The notes under the pieces are model-generated. The model ran no database searches, was not told the origin of the DNA, and worked only from the letters and a program-made list of their open reading frames with translations. The translations under genes were made by a program, and so were the position numbers. Below, piece by piece: positions 52,901-61,375 of a stretch of DNA of 64,000 nt. The stretch comes from an uncultured Acidimicrobiia bacterium (GTDB lineage: Bacteria > Acidobacteriota > Terriglobia > Versatilivoradales > Versatilivoraceae), in NCBI GenBank assembly GCA_963786955.1, contig CAWBAT010000005.1, forward strand, positions 1,695,375-1,759,374. Direction: 5' to 3'. Within the stretch, counting starts at the first letter, position 1. Each line of letters starts with the position of its first letter.

Positions 52901-55162
52901 TCATTCCAGCCGTAGCACCGATGCGCCATCGAACGGCACGTTGATCCGCACCGTGCTCCCTTGAATGGTAACTTCCTGGTTACCATACAGGTCGGTCGCG
53001 CGGCGGTACCGCGCGGGCAGCTTAACACTGGCGGTTTGGTCCTCGGCCGTGTCGTTAAATACCACCAGCAGGCTGCGCGTGGGGCCTTCGATCAGTCTCG
53101 GTCGCACCTTATCCGCAGTAACCCGGGGCTGGACCGCCCGGGTTACAATCGTTCGCAACAACTCGATCCCGCCTTTATCGCCGGCCTCAATACTGGCGCC
53201 CAGGTTGGTCCCGAAGTAGTAGACTTGGCCCTTCCGCAACTTCTTCATGGCGGCCACCGGGAGGCCCTGGCACGTGGCGATCGACGACGCGGAAGTGATC
53301 TCGATCGGCGTCAAGAAAGTGTGCGCCTTGACTCGAATCGGGGCCGGCTCTGAAAACTCGATTTCCGGCTCGTAGTAGATTCGCTCCGAGGCGGGCACGT
53401 CTCGCGGCACAATAGTCCCCACTTTAAGGAAGTAGTTTTCCTTCTCGCGGAAACCAAAGGCCTCTGCCAGACCATAGGGGGGAACAACCGGATTGTTAAA
53501 ACAGCGTTCGTCAAACAGGCCGAAAGAGGCCTCTAGGATCAGCGTGCCACCGCCCTCGACAAAACGGCGCAAGGCCTCACAGGTGTCCTTCTTCCCCATT
53601 AAGTGCCACGGTGCGATGATAACTTTATAGGCAGCCTTGCCGAGGCTCGCCGGCTCGATGAAGTCCGCCCAATGATCACAGTTCCAAACCGCTTTGTAGT
53701 AGCCGAGGAACGATTTTGTCGAAGCCTCTTCGCTTCCACTCATGGCGAAAGTCAGCAGCGCGTTGTCTTGATCGAAAAGGATCGCAACCTCGGGTTTCGG
53801 TTTATAGCCTTCGATGATGTCCCAATGAGCCTGGATCAGTCGATTATCTTCGGCCGCCTCCAGGACGCGCTCAGTCGCCGAGCCGTCTCGCGCCACAAGC
53901 CCAAACCCGGTCGCCTCGCCTCCAGTCGCTTCCGTGTGATACGCCCAGTAGAGGATCCCCTTGGCGCCGCACGCAACCGCCATCCAGTTCCACAGGCGAA
54001 TATCACGAGCTCGCATCTCGGGGCCGTGCCACAGCCCGCTGCTTGCGTGGCCCCCTTGCAGCTCAGTCATCCAAAACGGCTTCTGACCGGCGTTACATCG
54101 CGTGATCTCCAGCTTAGCGGCCCCGAAGCATACCGGCACAGGTTCTTCGCTCCAACGCGGGAAGCACGACACCCCCCAGGTTTCCACCACTTCTGCCAGC
54201 CGCCAAGTGTTGATGCCGAACAGGACTATAGGCTCAACCGCTGCCGTCGGCCCGGCATGGCTCTCTACTAGATGGAGTGAATCCACAGCCCGCACGCTGC
54301 CCACCCGGAAGCGCAACTCGTCGGTGCTCCGGTTGATGATGAACCGACGCCAGTCAACCCAGTCTGAATAGGTTCCCTTGCGGCGCGGAGGGCCAATTAC
54401 CTTCCAGTCAGGGTATTGCCGCACCCAGGCCTCGTTGAGCCGGTCCAGGCTACCGTAACGGTTCTCGAGCCAATTCTGAAATTCGGCAATGGTTCTGGGG
54501 CAATAGCAAAACAAGTACTCCTCCACCGTGTGCGAAAAGCGATGCCCCCCCGACGGCTCGATGTGCGGTTCGTTCCAGCAGTCATAGGCGTACATCGACG
54601 GATGCCTCGCCACCGCTTTCGCCAGTTCGCCGATGAATTTTCCGGCGGCTTGGCGCACGGGTTCCCAGTCGAGGCACAGTCCGGGCCAGCCCCCGCTGAT
54701 ATTGTTCGAGCTGCCCGTCAATCTTTGGGGCAGGTCGTTCGCATCCACATAGCGCGTTTCTGGATGGGCCGCCTCGAGCCACCAGGGCGCGCCCTCCGTG
54801 ATCACGCCCAGCAAAACCCGAAGTCCGAATTCGTCGCAATAGCCCATCACTTCCTCAAGTTCTTCAAAGTTGAAACGTTCCGGCTCGCGATTGTGGTAAG
54901 CCCAGGGACTGTAGATGCGGATGATGTTGAACTTGTATTCCTGAGCGAACGTCTTCAGCATCTCCCGCCGCATGGAGGCGGGCGGGTTCGGGGGACGATA
55001 GAAGGCCGAACCATAAATAAAAGGCTGAGTGAGGCGAGGTAATTGGCCAGCCTGCTCAGCGGATCGGGCGGTCGTTTGACCAGCAAGAATCCGCATTCCT
55101 CCCCATGAAACACCGATCGTTCCCGCTGCCGTGCGCAGAAATTGCCGACGTGAAGATGCCAT
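52901..55162 (-). CDS. GH42-like beta-galactosidase, Tat-exported, paralog 2
   Basis: Same motifs; closely similar to paralog 1, including the upstream region. Confidence 0.88.
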   Translation of the reverse strand: MASSRRQFLRTAAGTIGVSWGGMRILAGQTTARSAEQAGQLPRLTQPFIYGSAFYRPPNPPASMRREMLKTFAQEYKFNIIRIYSPWAYHNREPERFNFEELEEVMGYCDEFGLRVLLGVITEGAPWWLEAAHPETRYVDANDLPQRLTGSSNNISGGWPGLCLDWEPVRQAAGKFIGELAKAVARHPSMYAYDCWNEPHIEPSGGHRFSHTVEEYLFCYCPRTIAEFQNWLENRYGSLDRLNEAWVRQYPDWKVIGPPRRKGTYSDWVDWRRFIINRSTDELRFRVGSVRAVDSLHLVESHAGPTAAVEPIVLFGINTWRLAEVVETWGVSCFPRWSEEPVPVCFGAAKLEITRCNAGQKPFWMTELQGGHASSGLWHGPEMRARDIRLWNWMAVACGAKGILYWAYHTEATGGEATGFGLVARDGSATERVLEAAEDNRLIQAHWDIIEGYKPKPEVAILFDQDNALLTFAMSGSEEASTKSFLGYYKAVWNCDHWADFIEPASLGKAAYKVIIAPWHLMGKKDTCEALRRFVEGGGTLILEASFGLFDERCFNNPVVPPYGLAEAFGFREKENYFLKVGTIVPRDVPASERIYYEPEIEFSEPAPIRVKAHTFLTPIEITSASSIATCQGLPVAAMKKLRKGQVYYFGTNLGASIEAGDKGGIELLRTIVTRAVQPRVTADKVRPRLIEGPTRSLLVVFNDTAEDQTASVKLPARYRRATDLYGNQEVTIQGSTVRINVPFDGASVLRLE

Positions 55163-55779
55163 ACCATTCCTCCTCTTCATTCGGATCTCGGGAGCGTTCA
55201 CCCCCAAACTCCCTGCTTGAAAGATCAACTTCAAGCTTTCTTGAATCTGCCCCCCCCGACCCAGGACGCAACCCCCGCAGTTTATCGACCCCCGAGTTCT
55301 CTCCCGCTCGACTCAACCGAGCGCTTCCGGCGCCTTGCTGGGTGCGCCACGCTTAGATTCCAAAGCAGGCATCACTTCGGCCCCAGAACTTCTCTGCGAA
55401 GGCCTCTCTTCGCTCCAGTGATCTTGTTCTTCTCCAGAATCGCTACCGCCGCTGCGTGAGATAAGAATCTTGAGGACTCGTGCCGATTTAGGGTATCGCG
55501 CCTCTTCAAAAAGAGCCATCTCGGCTTGGGTGGAACTTGTCTTAAACAACCGAGGGTTTTTTCCCGAAGCAAGTTAGGATTTGTAGGGTAGTCCGCTGCG
55601 CTTGAACCGGCGCCGTTCTTTACAGTGCATCAAGCGACTCATTAATTGATTCCAGCGACTTCGCATCCCGACCTAGGTGGAAATTAGCCTGCGCCCAGCT
55701 CTCACCGATCGGAAGGAGTTCCAGTTTGATATACGTTATGGGCGATCTCAAATCTTCCTTTCGAATTATTAATGATTGC

Positions 55780-56200
55780 GGCGCGCCTTCGATCCATCAA
55801 ACTTGTTGGTGATCAGTTTCCGGTACCAGCCCAGAATCGTATCGGGCTTGGCCAAGACGGCTACTTCCTTAAGTAACTTGCGGCCCAGCCGGTGAGCAAT
55901 TTCAGCCAGGCTGGCCCGCTCTGCATCAGAAAGTTGCAAGCGAGTCTTGACCTGTCCTTTCAGTATCCGATTCTAAGCCGCCAGATATTCATTGCGCAAG
56001 ATAAGTTCCGGGTCGAAGGTTCCAGTGATATAGGCCAACAGGCGAGGCCAGTCCATTCTGATCCTCCGACTCTCAAAAAGATGCAGTTGAGTCGAAATCT
56101 TAGGCCATATCAGAAGATGGGAAAAGGTAATTTGAGAGTGAAAGCGGGAAGCTGTAAACTATGGTTTGTCAATTCGTTTGAGTTTTTTGGCCACACTGGA
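55780..56200 (-). mobile_element. Second IS family remnant: left end and pseudogenised transposase N-terminus
   Basis: From ATG 56056: MDWPRLLAYITG..ELILRNEYLAA*NRILK..AKPDTILGWYRKL..KFDGS, with an internal stop. Confidence 0.7.
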
Positions 56201-56386
56201 TATTCAGTAAGACCAGGCGATCTGGCTGCTCGCGACTCATGGGGAGTTGGCTCTGGCAAAGCCCTTGATCTCAACAACCGTTCAAAATGGTTTGCTGGAA
56301 GTGAGCAGCCCGGTCTATAGCCACGGTGTGTACAGGGAAGATGACGGACACGAGGTGCTGGAATTGAATAAAAGGAGAACTTGGAG

Positions 56387-57364
56387 ATGGTTAGAGACAT
56401 CCATCGACGTGATTTCATAAGAAGTGCTGCCATTTCAGGAGGTTCCGCGCTCATACTCGACCCGATGATTGCACTGGCCGGAGAGAAGTCGTCCGTACAC
56501 CTCGAAAAGGCGGTCAGCCCCGCCTCTGCCGGAGAGCGAAACACTGAGTCCTCGCCGCGTGAGCTGACCGTGGCTGGATTTCAGTTGCTTGCGTCCAAGG
56601 AGGTGAAGGCCAATGAGCAGGCGATCCATCGGGCGATTGTCAAAGCAGCAGACATCAAGGCCGATTTCCTTTTGACGCCGGAAGGGAGCCTGTCCGGGTA
56701 CTATGCTGATTTCGACAGGGTGGTGGTGCACGAAGCAGTCCAGCGTGTTGCGCAGCATGCGAAAGAGTCTCGGGTCGGGCTGCTGCTGGGGACGTGCTAT
56801 AAAGAGCTGGAAGATGACCCGCTGACTTCAGTCGTTACGTCCAGCAGCGTTGCGCCCGAACGACGTGAATATTGCTATGACCAGGTTCGGGCGTACGCCC
56901 CAAGCGGCGAATATCTCGGCGCTCATTCAAAAATTCTCCTGTGTAGTTCGATTTACCGGCCTGGGACGGGGGAAATCAGGGACTATGTGGCCGGAACGCT
57001 TCGAACCTTCCGCTGGAATGGAATCTGTTTTGGAATGCTCATCTGCAATGACCTTTGGGCCACTCCGGGTTTCACGACGACGTCCAATCCGTATCTCGCC
57101 TGGCGTCTGAAGACGATGGGCGCCCAAGTGATCTTCCACTCCGTCGGTACTGCGGGAACGCCGCTCCTTTTTCGCCCCTATCATGAATCCAACCAGAGCC
57201 TGTGGGCGATGATGCTTAAGATCCCAATCGTCACGACCAATGCGAGCGATGGCACCACACCGTCGAACTGCCGGGCAGGCGTGATCGGCCCGGACGGAGA
57301 GCGCATATGCGTGGCCCATGACGTCGGCGAGCAATTTTTCTCCTGCAAAATAACGGTCGCCTGA
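56387..57364 (+). CDS. Carbon-nitrogen hydrolase (nitrilase superfamily) with Tat signal
   Basis: HRRDFI; triad motifs TPEG, HSK, ICNDLW. Confidence 0.88.
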   Translation: MVRDIHRRDFIRSAAISGGSALILDPMIALAGEKSSVHLEKAVSPASAGERNTESSPRELTVAGFQLLASKEVKANEQAIHRAIVKAADIKADFLLTPEGSLSGYYADFDRVVVHEAVQRVAQHAKESRVGLLLGTCYKELEDDPLTSVVTSSSVAPERREYCYDQVRAYAPSGEYLGAHSKILLCSSIYRPGTGEIRDYVAGTLRTFRWNGICFGMLICNDLWATPGFTTTSNPYLAWRLKTMGAQVIFHSVGTAGTPLLFRPYHESNQSLWAMMLKIPIVTTNASDGTTPSNCRAGVIGPDGERICVAHDVGEQFFSCKITVA

Positions 57365-57480
57365 ATCCTGAATAGTGTGGGGAAAAACAATGTGCTCTTC
57401 GTCAGGGTCGATTGCTTCGCATCAATCGATGAAAACGAGTTCGCCCGAGAGCACCCCAGGTGAGTGCCGTGGGATCCCCC

Positions 57481-57690
57481 TGTCCCTGGCGAATTACAAA
57501 ATGGGCCGCAATTCCTCACATGTTTGGGTTTTGATATGATCTAACAATGCGTGGTCTTGTCATCCTTTTCGTTCATCTCATCGTGACGATTGCTTCCTTG
57601 CCCCCGGGTGTGTTCAGAAAGTCAGACTCGCCTCAATGTCGCAGGGCGCGTAGCGGCAGAGTCGATCACCGTATCAATTCGTTAGAGACA
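57481..57690 (+). mobile_element. About 210-bp MITE-like derivative of the 42221 IS family
   Basis: TGTCCCTGGCGAATT left end, MRGLVILFVHLI stub, right end CAATTCGTTAGAGACA. Confidence 0.7.
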
Positions 57691-57712
57691 GGTCGCCAGC
57701 ATTCATCCGGCA

Positions 57713-57925
57713 TCAGTAGTAAATCTTCAGCCCAAACTGAATGTTGCGGGCTCCCTGGGAGTAATAAATCTTGCCAAGACCCGGTCCCAACCGTCTGGAG
57801 GGCGCAAAGAAAATAGGGGTGTTCGTGAGATTGATAAACTCGGTTCGAAACTCAACTCGTCTCTTATCGCCAATCGGGAATATTTTTTGAAGACTTAGGG
57901 CAAAGGTGCGGAGGCCGGGGCCACG
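57713..57925 (-). pseudogene. Isolated 3' fragment of a TonB-dependent receptor gene
   Basis: Closely similar to 25390-25602 (RGPGLRT..SLQKIFPIGDKRRVEFRTEFINLTNTPIF..RNIQFGLKIYY). Confidence 0.85.
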
Positions 57926-58164
57926 CTTCTTTCTACTCAACACGTGCTATGGGTGGCAAGGCGATAAATCTTCCTCTCCTTTCCCGGTCACCTCTTTCTT
58001 CCCTCACTCCAACCGTGCTCCTCTCCCTGCTCGATGCCACGGCCTTTTAGAGGATTATCCACATCTCATTATTCATTATTTCAGTTGGACTTGTGTTGTT
58101 GAACATACGAGTATGCATTACGGCTTTCCCCTCTGCTCAATTTCGATGCTTCTTTCACGCGGGC

Positions 58165-58410
58165 GTCCCTAGCGAATTGCTAACTCGTGACACAACCCCA
58201 GGTGATTCCAGGTTTTGTTAGAATGAGCAGATGCGCGATCTGGTCATCCTTTTCATTCATGTCATTGGGGATGCTCGCCCGCCTTCTTGGTTCCGGCGGC
58301 ATGCATTCGGTCGTCGCGGAGTCGGTTCTTGTCAAACAGCAACTTCTAATCCTCAATCGTTCGCGGCAGCGGTCACCCAATCTGGGCATCTCAGATCGTC
58401 TTGGCGTTGC
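58165..58410 (+). mobile_element. IS left-end remnant (same family as 42221)
   Basis: GTCCCTAGCGAATTGCTAA; MRDLVILFIHV..SVVAESVLVKQQLLILNRSR. Confidence 0.75.
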
Positions 58411-58693
58411 ACATCCAGATCGATAAGGACGTTGCTCGGCACATTCTCCCAGACACAGGCACCCGACTTCCCCGCCGAGGCGTCCGGAGATAACCTGGAG
58501 GCCTGGTAGAGGGGACCGGATGACTCCAAGGGCCGTGACACTTGACGAAAAAAGCTCCCCGCGCTTCCCCCGGAATTCCCGAGCCTGGTTTCGAAGTGAA
58601 TTCCCATGATCGAGCGTGCCGGAAAAGAAGGCAAGTAACTTGTCCACCCCAAAAACCTGTCCATTGAGGTTTTCCGAGCAGAGAGCATTTCTG

Positions 58694-61255
58694 TCAGGGC
58701 ACGATGCAAAAAGTCGCGATTTCCCAAGGACGGAAGCGATATCGCCAAGTTGACTGTGAGAGAGCCAACTGAGCTCCATTGTTGAAGTGCAAGAGTCTGC
58801 CATCTAAATCGGCGGTTTCTACCTTGACAAAGGGCTTGGGCCAATTGAAGGTGCCATCTTGGATCTCACTACTCGCATTTAACACTCGCATTCCGATGCA
58901 GCCCTTGTCAGGTGCCGGAAAGGAATGTGTGATGATGATATGGGCATTGTCACTTTTCATGGCCTCAAGTCCAAGTGGCCCTGTGCCGGACGGCAGAATG
59001 ACAGGCTGGCGGTGATAGGCCTCGGCGAGCCGCATCGATTCCGCGGCGGTGAAGGATCGAGCTGCAAAAAGACGCATACCCCATTGAGCCGTCCCCGTAA
59101 AAGTGAAATCAAAGATTGTGCACTCCAGGAAAAGGACGCCCTTGCTTTCAACCTTTCGGAAGAAAGTGTTCTGGGAAGGACACCAGAGAATGTGTCGATC
59201 TGGCCATTCCAGCCGTATATACCGGGCACAGTAAAACTCTCTAATGCGTCTTTCCTCTTCCGCAAAGGGCGAATCGGCCACAACGTGCAGGCCTTCCGCG
59301 GGTATTTGTATTTGGAAACGCCACGTCCCACTCGGACGTTTTCCTGTGGCAAAGCGAACAGTGGATGTCAAGCGCTGGCGGAACTCCACAAAGGAATTCC
59401 CTGCTTGACCTCCCATGACCATCCCATGAACGCAGAAAGCGGGTTCTGGCACCTCCTTGATGCGCATGAGATCTTGGCGCCAGGTGATCACTTCCATCCC
59501 ACTGGAGTTGCCTCGCCACAGGATGTCAACAGGAGCCGTTTCGAGCTGGGTGTATGCTCGCTCCACATTTGTATTCGGGTGCTCGTAGAAAAAAGAGGGA
59601 ACCTGTCGCCATTCGCCAACGAGAGGCCTGATTGCAATTCCATCGAAATGGGGAAGCGCTACATTCCATGCGTGGGAATCCTCGGAAGAAATCAGGACTT
59701 TGCTGTTCCCTGCAGCCGCATTTTCTTTTCCAATTTGCCTGTTAACACGAAAATCGGCTGAACCATAACCTGGCAACTCCATCATCACTGGTCCTGCAAG
59801 TAAGTTCCCGTCGTCACTGCGAAAGACGGCATTGACTTCCTGGGTCTGCTCCTGGCCCGAAGTTAAAATGAAGGAGTGATTTGGCCATTCTGTTTGGTTT
59901 AGTTCGATGAGGACAGGCGTCTTCACGGGCCAGGGGCATGGATTAAAAAACCGGACCAGACTGCCATCGGCGGGAATGGGTTTCCCTAGACCAAGATCTG
60001 ATTGCAGCACTTCCTTCACAATAGACAATTGATTGACGGCAAGCTCACTCTGGAAGGAGCGCATGCCTTTTATGTAAGCAGGAACACTCCCAGCCAGGTA
60101 GGGATCGTGATTTTGGGATCTGAGCAATCGCGACCACAATTCCGGGAGTTTCCGTTTAAAGTTCTGGAGAGTTTCATTGGGGCCGCCACCGGCGCAAATC
60201 GCCTCGGCTGCCAGCAGCAAGCTTTCATACTGATTGGAACTGCGGGCGGTCTTCTCGTTTTCGTAACCCCACCCTCCCTGGAAAAAGTTGTTGTTGTAAT
60301 TGGATTGATCCATCCACAAGCGTATTCGCGGCAAGGGCGATCGTTTTGAGGCCCAGGCTATGTATTCACTCAGCAACATTTGCCGGAAGCCCTTCTCCTC
60401 AAGCTCGTGGATGGCTTTGCGATAAGGCGCCACAGATGCGCCCCAATCGAGTCCAGGCACCCAGAGCTCCATCCATTGAAAGATTAGCGGGGCGGGACGG
60501 CCGGCAAGTTGCGCCACAATGTCGTCGTAGCCCTTCCACTGGCGTGCGCAGCTTAACATGCCTGGATGCGGTGGAATCGTTGGAATGGCTGAACCGTCAG
60601 GGGATTCCCAAAGAATCAGATCATGCGGCAGAGAGTCGAGTGTGCCGGAATTCTGGAATTGGATGCTTCCATATTTGAAGCCGGCTTGGAGCAGCAACTG
60701 GGGAAGCTGCGGGAAAAAGCACTGCTCCTCGACGATGTAAGTAGTTACCGGACGGCCGAGAAAAGTTCGAAATGCCGCCTGACCAAAAGTCAACTGCCGG
60801 AGGGCGGATTCATAACCGAACACCTGGGACTCTGCCTGGCCATAAGTGCCTCCGGGCAACTCCATGCGACCTGACTCCAGCAAGTCGCGGATGACCGACA
60901 AATAAGCAGGATCTTCTTCCATCAGCGATTCCAGAAAATAGGCATCCAACTCATGGCAGACTCGGTTTTCCGGGGATTCCTTCAACCACTGCCGTCCGCG
61001 TTCGAAATTGAACACCGTGGAGAAATTTCTCCTGTACCATCTTCCGTTGATTTCACCCTCGGGAAAGGTCTCCCCAATCCCAAACTGTGTCCAATGGTTG
61101 CAGATAACGATAGCTCCTTTGGCTTCATTTTCTGCCGCTGGTATGGTTCCTCCTAGTATCGGTGAGGTCACATGAATGCCAAGCAGGGACATCGAAGTGC
61201 CAACGGTCTTCAAGAATTGTCGGCGTGTGTGTCTGTCTCGTGAGGGGTTAATCAT
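58694..61255 (-). CDS. Divergent GH38-like glycoside hydrolase, Tat signal
   Basis: TRRQFL; GRMELPGG..GYESALRQL..G, PQLPQLL, WESPDGS, QNHD, FFNP, FRPWEIAT. Confidence 0.7.
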   Translation of the reverse strand: MINPSRDRHTRRQFLKTVGTSMSLLGIHVTSPILGGTIPAAENEAKGAIVICNHWTQFGIGETFPEGEINGRWYRRNFSTVFNFERGRQWLKESPENRVCHELDAYFLESLMEEDPAYLSVIRDLLESGRMELPGGTYGQAESQVFGYESALRQLTFGQAAFRTFLGRPVTTYIVEEQCFFPQLPQLLLQAGFKYGSIQFQNSGTLDSLPHDLILWESPDGSAIPTIPPHPGMLSCARQWKGYDDIVAQLAGRPAPLIFQWMELWVPGLDWGASVAPYRKAIHELEEKGFRQMLLSEYIAWASKRSPLPRIRLWMDQSNYNNNFFQGGWGYENEKTARSSNQYESLLLAAEAICAGGGPNETLQNFKRKLPELWSRLLRSQNHDPYLAGSVPAYIKGMRSFQSELAVNQLSIVKEVLQSDLGLGKPIPADGSLVRFFNPCPWPVKTPVLIELNQTEWPNHSFILTSGQEQTQEVNAVFRSDDGNLLAGPVMMELPGYGSADFRVNRQIGKENAAAGNSKVLISSEDSHAWNVALPHFDGIAIRPLVGEWRQVPSFFYEHPNTNVERAYTQLETAPVDILWRGNSSGMEVITWRQDLMRIKEVPEPAFCVHGMVMGGQAGNSFVEFRQRLTSTVRFATGKRPSGTWRFQIQIPAEGLHVVADSPFAEEERRIREFYCARYIRLEWPDRHILWCPSQNTFFRKVESKGVLFLECTIFDFTFTGTAQWGMRLFAARSFTAAESMRLAEAYHRQPVILPSGTGPLGLEAMKSDNAHIIITHSFPAPDKGCIGMRVLNASSEIQDGTFNWPKPFVKVETADLDGRLLHFNNGAQLALSQSTWRYRFRPWEIATFCIVP

Positions 61256-61375
61256 GGCCGTTTTACCTCCGGTGTCCGGCGCGAAAGAGGGAATGCCAGC
61301 TTTCACCTAAATACTTTTATCAATGCCCGGAATGCGTTCTGACCGGTACGCTCCCATATTACACTGGTGAGTTAT

